A DNA stretch of 64,000 bases from an archaeon (GTDB lineage: Archaea; Aenigmatarchaeota; Aenigmatarchaeia; QMZP01; JAFGSV01), in NCBI GenBank assembly GCA_028279705.1, contig JANQNF010000005.1, positions 2,688 to 66,687 of the forward strand. The letters are read 5' to 3'. Each line of letters begins with the position of its first letter. Within the stretch, counting starts at the first letter, position 1. Both the position numbers and the translations under genes were made by a program. The notes under the pieces were generated by a model that saw only the letters and a program-made list of their open reading frames with translations, did no database searches and was not told where the DNA came from. Below, one piece after another: positions 8,691-17,485 of this stretch.

Positions 8691-9825
8691 AAACGTTAAC
8701 GAAGCTTTTGATTTCATACTCAAGGGAGTCACAGACGGTAGTATTCCAACGATCGATTCAGGGTCTAGAAACGGAGATGTTGTTCAGATCCCTGAAGTAT
8801 TGACGATCACCTACCTACGTCCTTGGGAGCGAGTTCTGTTTAACAGCGGAAGGGATTGCAATCCGTTCTTTCACCTGTACGAAGCTATGTGGATGCTTGC
8901 CGGTCGGGAGGACGTAGCGTCGCTTGAGTACTTCAACAGCCAGATGGCTCAGTACAGTGACGATGGTAAAGTATTCAACGGTGCTTACGGTAACCGATGG
9001 CGCAACTGGAAAGTACCAAGATGGACTCAAGGACATAATATGTCCGATCCGGACCTACTCTATTGGGAAGGAATAGACCAACTAGAAGTCATTGCGAAGA
9101 ATCTGACCCGGGATAATAACAGCCGACGAGAGGTTCTAGAGATGTGGAGCGTTCACAGCGACCTCCTACGCAACCGTAGTAGTAAGGATGTCTGCTGTAA
9201 CCTTGTAGTCACGTTCCAGATCGTTGATGCGTTCGGGGCTAAGAAGTTGGACATGTCCGTGTTCAATCGTAGCAACGATACGATCTGGGGACTGCTCGGT
9301 GCCAACGTAGTACATTTCAGCTTTCTGCACGAGTGGATGGCTTCTATGTGTGGGGTCAAGATGGGCTTGTACAACCAGATCAGTGTCAATGCGCACTTCT
9401 ACGCTGACAAGTTCACACCCGAAAAATGGATTGGGGATACGACGCCGGATTTGTATCTGGATGCTCTTCCAATAAACCTCACACCCCTTATTGAGGATAA
9501 GAACCAGTGGGAGCGGGACGTACTGACGTTCTGTGAAAATCCATACAACTCAGACAACCCTGAACTGCCGTTCACCCGTAGTCTGAGTAAGAAGTTGTTG
9601 TACGACGAACCGTTCTTTACCAAGGTTGCTATTCCTGCTTGTAAAGCATTCCATGCGCACAAGAATCGGAAGTATGAAGATGCTTTCCGGTTTGCTTCAA
9701 CCATCGAATCAACAGATTGGCAGTTCGTGTGCACAGAATGGTTGATGAAGCGGGAAAGATGGTACAAAGAAAGGATCCGTAAGTCCGGCAACCCATACGC
9801 TAAACTTTCACAACAAGATCAATGA
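8674..9825 (+). CDS. Thymidylate synthase-family enzyme, probably a deoxypyrimidylate hydroxymethylase or methylase, with a ~120-aa C-terminal extension
   Basis: FHLYEAMWMLAG, NGAYGNRWRNW and VCCNLVVTFQ align with ThyA motifs ELLWFLKG, GPVYGKQWRAW and PCHAFFQFYV. The conserved substrate Asn is present in GLLGANVV. 383 aa versus ~264 for ThyA. Confidence 0.8.
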   Translation: MHLKFRNVNEAFDFILKGVTDGSIPTIDSGSRNGDVVQIPEVLTITYLRPWERVLFNSGRDCNPFFHLYEAMWMLAGREDVASLEYFNSQMAQYSDDGKVFNGAYGNRWRNWKVPRWTQGHNMSDPDLLYWEGIDQLEVIAKNLTRDNNSRREVLEMWSVHSDLLRNRSSKDVCCNLVVTFQIVDAFGAKKLDMSVFNRSNDTIWGLLGANVVHFSFLHEWMASMCGVKMGLYNQISVNAHFYADKFTPEKWIGDTTPDLYLDALPINLTPLIEDKNQWERDVLTFCENPYNSDNPELPFTRSLSKKLLYDEPFFTKVAIPACKAFHAHKNRKYEDAFRFASTIESTDWQFVCTEWLMKRERWYKERIRKSGNPYAKLSQQDQ

Positions 9826-10060
9826 GATGATTATCTTCTTGATAGTAATCTGTTGCCAGCTTGCAATAATCGCTTACTTGTTATACGAGATTGATAAATC
9901 AATAAACAGTAAACCCTGAGAGGATGAATAATGCCCTTAACCTCGGACCAGCAACGGGAATCTAAAGCCAAACTCGAAGTCTGGCAAGAACTTTCCAAAG
10001 CTTTGAAGAATCTCAACAAATTCCTAGACCTACTTATCAAAGAAGCGGAGAAGAAAGCTA

Positions 10061-11098
10061 ATGACAACTAGAACCGAACCAGACCTGCGACACCTAGACT
10101 TCCTAGAAAGGGTAGCAGGGCTCGACGTGAACCAAGTTGAAGAGAAGGACCGCAGCTACGGAGGTAGTTGGAAGCGTCGTGGCGGAGTCGGCGTCTTTAT
10201 GATGCTTGCTCGCAAGTGGGACCGGCTTGAAAACATGATGGCCAATCCTCAGGCTCTGGTAGCTGGTCCTAAACATCCAACCAAAGAACAAGGCGAACAC
10301 GAGTGCTTCCTATGGGACAAGTACGATATCATAGGGGCCATAGAATCCCAGATCACTAGAGGTCAAGTTCCTGGTGATGCCCCAGACGGTACGGTCCTGG
10401 CCGAAGTCCGCGACCTGCGCCGTTACCTGTTACTGTTGGAGGCCGAGCTACTCAGCCGCGACCATACTCAAAACGCCAATCCCCATGTCGTTCGAGCTAT
10501 GGAAAGATTAGAAAAGGAAGGCACTGTTGTAGGGGAGGATGCTGTCACCCTGATGCAAAGTCAAGCTGTTGGGAGAAGGGTAGAAGCAGTTCAAGCTTCA
10601 GGATCTAGAACCCATCAGACTGATCATCAATATCGGGTTCAGCAATTCATGGAAAAAGCAGGTCAGGAGATTCCTGACCAACCTACCATCCCTGACTTCG
10701 AAGTACGCAAGCTACGTGCAAGGCTGATCTTCGAAGAAGCAATGGAAACCATTGAGGCGATGGGAATTTCCATACGCCATCACATAGTCCACTCTAATAA
10801 CGAGATTTGGTTGGACTCATTCCATAGCACCTACCGGGTCGAGTTTCTCAATAAGGGGGAATGCGTTATCGAGGACGTTGCCGACGGTTGTGCGGATCTG
10901 TCTGTTGTCAACGAAGGTACGTTACTGGCCTTCGGTATCCGGGACAACCCACTACTACAAGAAGTGGACGAAGCCAACCTACGCAAGTTCCGGGGGGATG
11001 CTCACAGGGACGAAGGGGGTAAGTGGATCAAGCCTTCGGACTGGCAACCACCTAACATCGCCAAAGTATTGGAGGACCAAGGATATGACCCTACCTGA
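10061..11098 (+). CDS. Tandem MazG-like all-alpha NTP pyrophosphohydrolase
   Basis: Two MazG-like segments (SYGGSWKRRGGVGVFMMLARKWDRLE; EVRKLRARLIFEEAMETIEAM...EDVADGCADLSVV with the E..AD..L signature). Confidence 0.55.
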   Translation: MTTRTEPDLRHLDFLERVAGLDVNQVEEKDRSYGGSWKRRGGVGVFMMLARKWDRLENMMANPQALVAGPKHPTKEQGEHECFLWDKYDIIGAIESQITRGQVPGDAPDGTVLAEVRDLRRYLLLLEAELLSRDHTQNANPHVVRAMERLEKEGTVVGEDAVTLMQSQAVGRRVEAVQASGSRTHQTDHQYRVQQFMEKAGQEIPDQPTIPDFEVRKLRARLIFEEAMETIEAMGISIRHHIVHSNNEIWLDSFHSTYRVEFLNKGECVIEDVADGCADLSVVNEGTLLAFGIRDNPLLQEVDEANLRKFRGDAHRDEGGKWIKPSDWQPPNIAKVLEDQGYDPT

Positions 11099-11288
11099 TT
11101 CAAGTGATTTCGATCAAGCAGAAGCTGGAATGCGGATGATAGCAGGTTCCTGGGCAACCATGTATCTAGCTATTGTAGCTAAGGGAGTTCCTGCTGATCA
11201 CGCTATCCAGATGATAGTTGCTTACATCACAGCAATCAACAGCAAACCAAGTACCCCAGAACCACCCAAGTCGGAGGAAGATGAATGA
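11085..11288 (+). CDS. Hypothetical small protein
   Basis: 68-aa ORF bridging the MazG stop and the primase start with overlaps. Confidence 0.3.
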   Translation: MTLPDSSDFDQAEAGMRMIAGSWATMYLAIVAKGVPADHAIQMIVAYITAINSKPSTPEPPKSEEDE

Positions 11289-13480
11289 AGCTCAAGGATG
11301 CGCCAATCAAGTTACGACCGTACCTGTTTCACGGAGTAGAGATGACGTGGCAGGGCAACGACGATGCAATAGCAACCTGTCCATTCTGTACAAAGGAACA
11401 GAAGTACCACATCAGTCAAGCAACAGGCCAGTATCACTGCAAGGTCTGTGGCAAGAAGGGAAACGTATACACGTTCCTCAAACACTTTCACCAAGCTTGT
11501 GATGAGGTCACTGACCCCGACCAGCTACAGGACTTAGCTGAAGACCGAGGGGTCTCGGTTGAAGTCCTGGAGGAGTGGGGAGTGGTTATGTCTTATTTAC
11601 GCCAGGACTGGCTAGTCCCAACTTATAACGAAGAGGGGAAGGTAAATAACCTATATCGTTATACAGAGTTGGACGGTAAGATGAGGCTGCTCTCCACTCC
11701 TACTTTGAGTCACGGTATATTCGGTCTACAACATTACGATCCAACCAAACAGATGGTTGACATTTGTGAAGGACCGTGGGATGGGATGGCTTGGTACGAA
11801 GTGCTACGACGGTACAAGGAATCCCCTAGCGGGCTTCACCGCTGTATCGAAGTAGGAGATTCCTTGTGGGCAACGACCAACGTCATTGCTGTCCCAGGTT
11901 GTGAGGTGTTCCGTGACACTTGGATGCCGCTGTTCAAAGATAAGGACGTGAACTTCATCTATGACAACGACCATCCCCGTAATCTACCTAGTGGGCGCAT
12001 GGTTCCGCCTCCAAGTTACTCAGGTATGGAACGGGCTTGCAACATCTTGTGTCGTGAAGAAACTGCCAACCTCAGTATCATCCATTGGGGTACAGGAACT
12101 CACGACCCACTACGCAAGGACGGGTACGACCTGCGAGATCTTATTAACGACCGCGGATTACCAGCCGTGATTCACACGGTCAGGTCTATGTTATCTTCTC
12201 CCCCAGAAGACTGGGTGGATCCTGAGAATCCAAGCGTGTCTACAGGTGAGTTGCTAGAACCTACTCCTTGTGACAACTTTGTAGAACTCAGGGAGTACTG
12301 GAAGAAGGCACTCAAGTGGACCGATTCATTGGACACCACGTTGGCTGTGATGCTGGCTACAGCCGCGAGTACCAAGTTGCAAGGAGACCAGCTATGGCTC
12401 CGGGTAGTTGGTCCTCCGGGCAGTGCCAAGTCTACGCTCTGCGAAGCGTTAAGTGTAGATAAAGAACACGTACACTCTATCAGTATCCAGAAAGGGTTCC
12501 ACAGTGGTTACCGAGGATCAGGGGCACAGAAGGGGAAAGACTCAAGTCTCATACCCCGAATGGATGGTAAGACCGTCATCACTAAGGACGGGGATACCTT
12601 GCTCAACAGCGCTAATCGTGATCAAACACTTAGCGAGATGCGGGACTTCTACGACGGAACAAGTCGTGCAGAATATAAGAACTTTAAGAAGAGTTCATAT
12701 TCTGGGTTGCGTATCACTTTCATCCTTGCAGGGACGCGATCTCTCTATCGATTGAACAAGTCCTTCTTGGGTGATAGGTTCGTGGACTGTATTATCTACG
12801 ATCGCAAGACAGACTACGACCCTGAGCTCGAGGAGGAAATCCTAGACCGAGCAGCACTGAACGCTCTCAAACGTGTACGGCAGGAAAGTGATGGGACTGC
12901 TGAAAACACTTCAGACCCTAGATTGATTGATGCTATGAAGTATACTGCTGGATATGTTCAGTGGTTGCGCGAGCACGTACAGGAGCGGATCAACAAGGTC
13001 GAATGTCCTGATGATGTACTCCGCCGGTGCCGTGAACTCGGTGTGCTTACCAGTTACATGCGGGCTAGACCGGACAAGGAGCTTGACGATGAAGAACAAG
13101 AAGTCGAGTTGGCCACTAGACTCACCAGTCAATACGTTAGGTTGGCGAACTGTCTTGCCGTTGTACTTAACCGTGATGCCGTGGACAATGTGGTCATGGA
13201 CCAAGTCGTTAAGGTGGCCACTGATACGAGTAGAGGACTCAACCTTAGGATTACCGAGTTGCTCTACTACGCAGAAGACATGGGTATGGAAGCGTCCCGA
13301 ATCGCCCTTCGTCTTAACAAGGGTGATAGTACCGTGCGAAGAGCTTTGAAGTTCTTGCGGGAAATTGAGGTAGTCAAACCAATGTCAGTCAATAACAACA
13401 GTGGGAGTCGTGGTCGCAACCGGCATATGTGGACTCTCACTGATCAAGTCCGTCATTTATTTGAGGCATTACAAGTATGA
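11285..13480 (+). CDS. DNA primase-helicase (CHC2-type zinc finger + TOPRIM primase fused to a P-loop NTPase)
   Basis: CPFC...H...CKVCG zinc finger. TOPRIM motifs DICEGPWDG and YDNDHP. Walker A VVGPPGSAKST. 731 aa. Confidence 0.8.
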   Translation: MKLKDAPIKLRPYLFHGVEMTWQGNDDAIATCPFCTKEQKYHISQATGQYHCKVCGKKGNVYTFLKHFHQACDEVTDPDQLQDLAEDRGVSVEVLEEWGVVMSYLRQDWLVPTYNEEGKVNNLYRYTELDGKMRLLSTPTLSHGIFGLQHYDPTKQMVDICEGPWDGMAWYEVLRRYKESPSGLHRCIEVGDSLWATTNVIAVPGCEVFRDTWMPLFKDKDVNFIYDNDHPRNLPSGRMVPPPSYSGMERACNILCREETANLSIIHWGTGTHDPLRKDGYDLRDLINDRGLPAVIHTVRSMLSSPPEDWVDPENPSVSTGELLEPTPCDNFVELREYWKKALKWTDSLDTTLAVMLATAASTKLQGDQLWLRVVGPPGSAKSTLCEALSVDKEHVHSISIQKGFHSGYRGSGAQKGKDSSLIPRMDGKTVITKDGDTLLNSANRDQTLSEMRDFYDGTSRAEYKNFKKSSYSGLRITFILAGTRSLYRLNKSFLGDRFVDCIIYDRKTDYDPELEEEILDRAALNALKRVRQESDGTAENTSDPRLIDAMKYTAGYVQWLREHVQERINKVECPDDVLRRCRELGVLTSYMRARPDKELDDEEQEVELATRLTSQYVRLANCLAVVLNRDAVDNVVMDQVVKVATDTSRGLNLRITELLYYAEDMGMEASRIALRLNKGDSTVRRALKFLREIEVVKPMSVNNNSGSRGRNRHMWTLTDQVRHLFEALQV

Positions 13481-13779
13481 CTGAGAACAAAGTAACGATT
13501 CTTACGTGTATCCCAGTCAATTGGGACCAGTACACAGACCGAGTCAAGGAAGAGATGATGAGATTGGGTTATGTGGAAGGTAAACCAAAATACATGAATT
13601 CTATCAAGGGATCATGCGATGAGTGTTCGACCGAAGTATTTATTGGTCCCAGTCAACAGGATCTTCTGCCTTGTAAGATCCTGTGCGTAACTTGTGCGGT
13701 TACTCTTATGAACAACCATCCAGACCAATCAAGGATTAGATGTCTAGGAAATGACAACACTATTACAGGGAACAACTAA
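13477..13779 (+). CDS. Hypothetical protein with Cys cluster
   Basis: 100 aa; CDECSTE...CKILCVTC. ATGA overlap with the primase stop. Confidence 0.4.
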   Translation: MTENKVTILTCIPVNWDQYTDRVKEEMMRLGYVEGKPKYMNSIKGSCDECSTEVFIGPSQQDLLPCKILCVTCAVTLMNNHPDQSRIRCLGNDNTITGNN

Positions 13780-14081
13780 TGCCTAGAGTGAAATGCAAAC
13801 ACTGTGGACACCCTCGACCTGACGGGGTTACTACCTACAAGCACTGCGTGAAGTGTAATCAACAAACAGGTATACTGAAAGCAGGTATTACCGTGGACGA
13901 TTGGAAGGTGCCTATCTTCCGGGAGTTACTGGATGGGAACAGCTTTGATTACCAAGTCCACAACGGTCTTACCAAGAAGGACCGTATCATTGTGGTCTGG
14001 TTACAGAACAGTCTGGATGCGCAGACCCTCCACTACTTAACCAAGTCAGCACAGAGAAAGGCTGCTGAACTCAAAAACTAA
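13779..14081 (+). CDS. Hypothetical zinc-ribbon protein
   Basis: CKHCGHPRPDGVTTYKHCVKCNQ at the N-terminus (CxxC..CxxC). Confidence 0.4.
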   Translation: MPRVKCKHCGHPRPDGVTTYKHCVKCNQQTGILKAGITVDDWKVPIFRELLDGNSFDYQVHNGLTKKDRIIVVWLQNSLDAQTLHYLTKSAQRKAAELKN

Positions 14082-14139
14082 AAAGTCCAAACTCCCAAAA
14101 TTATTTTTTACCAATTTCGTTTCAGTAAAATGAAAAATC

Positions 14140-14598
14140 ATGGATAGCTTTCACGGTCTTAACGGGTTCAAGTTGGATTACTATCCGGCGTTTCAACCAC
14201 AGCAATATGCAAACTACACCCCTTCCTCAGCCTCATCTAGTGAGTTCTATGAATCGATGGAGAAGGCTAGAAGACGTATGCAAGAGTTGAAAGCAGGTGA
14301 GAGATACTACATTGAGAGCCACTGCTTCATGCTTCTTAATGAATCTACTATGAGATCCTGGCAGCTACGCATCCATCATCTTACACCAGAACCTAGATGT
14401 GCCTGTCCATTTAATTTCCTGAACGAATACGACAGATGGTTCGAGTGGCAGAAGTTGGTTCAGTTTGAAAGGATGAACACCTTGGAAGCAGCAGTTAAGG
14501 TGACCGGAGTTACCAGGATCTGGGTTATCGAACCTCCCAGGTTCGATCCCCTGTCCGTGATGAGACAACCTTTATGGAGCCCTAAGAATGATGACTGA
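14140..14598 (+). CDS. Hypothetical protein
   Basis: 152-aa ORF; ATGA overlap with the next gene. Confidence 0.45.
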   Translation: MDSFHGLNGFKLDYYPAFQPQQYANYTPSSASSSEFYESMEKARRRMQELKAGERYYIESHCFMLLNESTMRSWQLRIHHLTPEPRCACPFNFLNEYDRWFEWQKLVQFERMNTLEAAVKVTGVTRIWVIEPPRFDPLSVMRQPLWSPKNDD

Positions 14599-15082
14599 CT
14601 GTGAAATCCTTGCAGTCACTGGTCACAGACCTCCAAAGCTAGGGGGGTATGATCTTCTCCTATTTGATTGCCTAGTGCGCTTTGCTGTTACAGAACTCAA
14701 GCAAATCCAACCAGAGTACGTCCTTACAGGTATGGCGTTAGGTTGGGACCAAGCAATAGCGGAAGCCTGTGACAGGATTGGTATCCCGTTCATAGCCTGC
14801 TTACCGCACGACAATCCAGGAAGTAACTGGCCAGACCATAGCCGTGAGTACCTAGACCAGTTACTGAACAAAGCACATGACATCTGGTGGTGTCCGGGAG
14901 GACCGTACGAACCACAGAAGATGCAGATACGTAACGAAACAATGGTGGATGAGTGTGACACGTTGCTTGCCCTGTACGACGGAGAGCCACAAGGCGGAAC
15001 TCATAACTGTGTGAACTACGCACAAATGGAAAGCAACTGCCTAATCATCAACTGTTGGGAACGATGGGAACCCTTTATCTAA
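14588..15082 (+). CDS. SLOG-superfamily Rossmann protein (YpsA/DUF1273- or DprA-like)
   Basis: N-terminal ILAVTGHRPPKLGGYD matches the YpsA-type start (vTGyr..eLgif). A glycine-rich turn MALGWDQAIAEA follows. Confidence 0.4.
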   Translation: MMTDCEILAVTGHRPPKLGGYDLLLFDCLVRFAVTELKQIQPEYVLTGMALGWDQAIAEACDRIGIPFIACLPHDNPGSNWPDHSREYLDQLLNKAHDIWWCPGGPYEPQKMQIRNETMVDECDTLLALYDGEPQGGTHNCVNYAQMESNCLIINCWERWEPFI

Positions 15083-15102
15083 TTAACACTGAGGAAATAA
15101 AT

Positions 15103-15552
15103 ATGGGAATGATAACCGTGAGACTACCCGATACCAAGCACGAAGGTATCAAACTGGCAGCGGAGGACGCTGGCCTAAGTATGAATACTTGGTGCGTTCA
15201 AAAACTCTGCCAAGCCGCAGGAAAGTTTGTGCCTCCTGAACCCCAAGAGATCATTCTAGAAGGTGGTCCTCTGCACAACACTCTTCACCAGACCGAAGAC
15301 ATTGTCACTCATCTGGTACTAGACGAACCAGATCACTTGTACCAATTGAGGGCTGATGAAATTGCTAAGATCAGTCCCGTCCCACCGTTACGAAACCAGT
15401 ACACCTACAAAAGAAGTGGAGAACGCAAGCACAGGTATCCAGCAGAAGGTACAAGAGTTCTAACCCCCATTTTCAAATTCATCTCAGTGAACGTTATTAC
15501 CAATGATGCAGATCTTTCCCCACAAAGTAGTGAACAAGATTCACTGCGGTAA
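15103..15552 (+). CDS. Ribbon-helix-helix (HicB/Arc-like) DNA-binding protein with C-terminal extension
   Basis: RBS GAGGAA then ATG 15103. ITVRLPDTKHEGIKLAAEDAGLSMNTWCVQKL is an RHH signature. Confidence 0.5.
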   Translation: MGMITVRLPDTKHEGIKLAAEDAGLSMNTWCVQKLCQAAGKFVPPEPQEIILEGGPLHNTLHQTEDIVTHLVLDEPDHLYQLRADEIAKISPVPPLRNQYTYKRSGERKHRYPAEGTRVLTPIFKFISVNVITNDADLSPQSSEQDSLR

Positions 15553-16363
15553 CTGTGCCCACGTACTCCGTAAGATGGTCCCAGACCAAGTCATTGATCT
15601 CACAGTCACCAGCCCACCGTATGACGATCTCCGTGCTTACGAGGGGTTCAAGTTTGACTGGCGTAGTATCATCAAGCAACTATGGCGAATTACCAAGATC
15701 GGCGGAGTTGTGGTCTGGGTCGTGGCTGATCAAGTAGAAGACGGTAGTGAGACTGGAACCAGTTTCCAACAAGCTATCTTCTTCCAAGCTGTAGGCTTCA
15801 GACTCCACGACACTATGATCTATCGTCGGGCTCCCAGGTTCCCAGACGTTATCCGCTATCCTCAGTGGTTTGAGTATATGTTCGTGTTCAGTAAGGGACC
15901 ACCCAAAACGTTCAATCCTATTTGTGACCGCAAGAACACTACAGCCGGGACTAAGGGAGGCAACAGACGCCGCGATCCTAAGACCGGTGAAGTTGTAGGC
16001 ACAGGCCAAGAGAAGAACGTTCGTAAGGACTACGGAGCACGTGAGAATATATGGACTTACCTAGCAGGTAGTGCCGAGAGTGAAGACCTGGGACATCCAG
16101 CTAAGTTCCCTGATCAGCTTGCTATGGATCACATCCTAAGCTGGTCTGATCCTGGCGACCTTGTCCTAGATCCTATGTGTGGTAGCGGCACGACCTGTGC
16201 TATGGCCAAGAAAGCCGGGCGCGAATACGTAGGTATTGACATTAGTGAGAACTACTGCCAGATTGCTCGTGGTACAGTGGAGTCTCACCAACTAGCTGCC
16301 GAGTTCGAGACCGGCACACCTTCCTCCCAGAGAAAGCCAATAGGCGGAAAAGGATTACTATGA
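15503..16363 (+). CDS. Beta-class DNA methyltransferase (N6-adenine or N4-cytosine)
   Basis: Motif IV DLTVTSPPY precedes motif I DPMCGSGTT (permuted beta-class order). Confidence 0.8.
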   Translation: MMQIFPHKVVNKIHCGNCAHVLRKMVPDQVIDLTVTSPPYDDLRAYEGFKFDWRSIIKQLWRITKIGGVVVWVVADQVEDGSETGTSFQQAIFFQAVGFRLHDTMIYRRAPRFPDVIRYPQWFEYMFVFSKGPPKTFNPICDRKNTTAGTKGGNRRRDPKTGEVVGTGQEKNVRKDYGARENIWTYLAGSAESEDLGHPAKFPDQLAMDHILSWSDPGDLVLDPMCGSGTTCAMAKKAGREYVGIDISENYCQIARGTVESHQLAAEFETGTPSSQRKPIGGKGLL

Positions 16364-17199
16364 CGACCAGCACTAAAACAGTATGTGAATGTCTTGATTT
16401 GTTACTCCCTCTGATTCCAGAAGACGAACCCATGTACACTGAGTTGAAGTACATGAGGGATAATATCTTCATGGAACTACCTGAGAACACCTTCAGCTTG
16501 ATGCAAGAAACTTACAAGATCATGCAGGAGCACATAACTCCGGGTGGTGTAGAAGACCTGAAACAGTGGGAGCACGATCTATGTGTGCGGTGGAAAGAAT
16601 ACTGGAATCCAACAGGTCAGGAACCTGCTCCTACTCCACCTAACCGGACTGAACAGAAGTATCCGGGCATACATACGTGGATTGCAACGTCTATAGGTCA
16701 AGAGTTCGATCTCGCTGAACCTAACCCTAAGATTATCCACATCGATGACATCGCCCAAGGATTGAGCAACATCTGCCGGTACGCTGGTCAGTGCAACAAG
16801 TTCTACAGTGTAGCTCAACACAGCGTAATTGTTGCCAGGAATGTTCCTAAGGAGTTGCGTCTGCCTGCTTTACTACACGATGCGGCGGAAGCCTACATTG
16901 GGGACATCACAGCACCCCTCAAAAGGATGCTCGGTAACGTGTGGCACGAGATTGAGTGGTCTATTGACGTAGCAATCGCGGAGGCCTTTGATTTCTCCCC
17001 AGAGTTGTTTGACGCCCCCGAAATTGAGCTTGCTGATAAGCGAGCTATGATGGCCGAGGTCAGGGATCTGTTTAATCACAAACCAAACATACCTCCCTAC
17101 GCCGAACCTTTGGAAGAACGCATAAGCCCGATGATCCCGTTCGATGCCCGACATTTATTTTTGGGCGAGCTCAGCAAGTACAGGTGGGAATCAAAGTGA
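16360..17199 (+). CDS. HD-domain phosphohydrolase (YfbR-like 5'-deoxynucleotidase family)
   Basis: ALLHDAAEAYIGDI carries the H..HD...GD motif. ATGA overlap with the methyltransferase. Confidence 0.7.
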   Translation: MTTSTKTVCECLDLLLPLIPEDEPMYTELKYMRDNIFMELPENTFSLMQETYKIMQEHITPGGVEDLKQWEHDLCVRWKEYWNPTGQEPAPTPPNRTEQKYPGIHTWIATSIGQEFDLAEPNPKIIHIDDIAQGLSNICRYAGQCNKFYSVAQHSVIVARNVPKELRLPALLHDAAEAYIGDITAPLKRMLGNVWHEIEWSIDVAIAEAFDFSPELFDAPEIELADKRAMMAEVRDLFNHKPNIPPYAEPLEERISPMIPFDARHLFLGELSKYRWESK

Positions 17200-17249
17200 T
17201 TCCGGTGCTCAATGGCGCTATGTCCATTTTCTCTGAAGATAGTTGGAAA

Positions 17250-17265
17250 CCCCCTGTTAGGGGGG
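17250..17265 (+). terminator. C5-TGTTA-G6 hairpin immediately after the HD gene
   Basis: CCCCC TGTTA GGGGGG inverted repeat 51 nt after the 17199 stop. No T-tract follows, so it is not a classical intrinsic terminator. Confidence 0.3.
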
Positions 17266-17310
17266 TGGAGCTTGGTAACCCCCCGATGGTGGCAATACCG
17301 GGCCAAAACA

Positions 17311-17325
17311 CCCCCTATCGGGGGG
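17311..17325 (+). promoter_or_regulatory. Second C5-TATC-G6 hairpin
   Basis: CCCCC TATC GGGGGG. A twin of the hairpin at 17250. Confidence 0.3.
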
Positions 17326-17342
17326 CTCGTAGCAAACGGGCC

Positions 17343-17356
17343 AAATGTCGCACCTG
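17343..17356 (+). promoter_or_regulatory. Copy of the recurring 14-bp motif AAAT(G/A)TCGCACCTG
   Basis: aaatgtcgcacctg, followed by cgcgtttttcagac. Confidence 0.45.
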
Positions 17357-17472
17357 TATCGCGTTTTTCAGACCCGGCTGGTTATACCCCCCTGCCAAAA
17401 ACGCGAGCCACGTGCGACCCTCCGAGGCCGTGCCGCAACCCCTGTCAGCCAGCCAAAACGGGGGCAATATGG

Positions 17473-17485
17473 CCAACCCGCCAAA
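17473..17485 (+). promoter_or_regulatory. Copy of the recurring motif AAATATCGCACCT
   Basis: aaatatcgcacct, followed ~50 nt later by cgcatttttcagaaac (parallel to the first copy). Confidence 0.45.

Noticed and set aside
9861-9887. Possible sigma70 promoter (TTGCAA ... TATACG) between the TS-homolog and MazG genes
   Set aside because: Spacer of 15 nt and a weak -10; not convincing from sequence alone.
14495-14545. tRNA-like T-arm/acceptor sequence (GGTTCGATCCCCTG) inside ORF 14140..14598
   Set aside because: The flanking sequence does not form a 5-bp T-stem or a cloverleaf (51:63 and 50:64 mismatch), and it lies inside a coding frame. Treated as coincidence.
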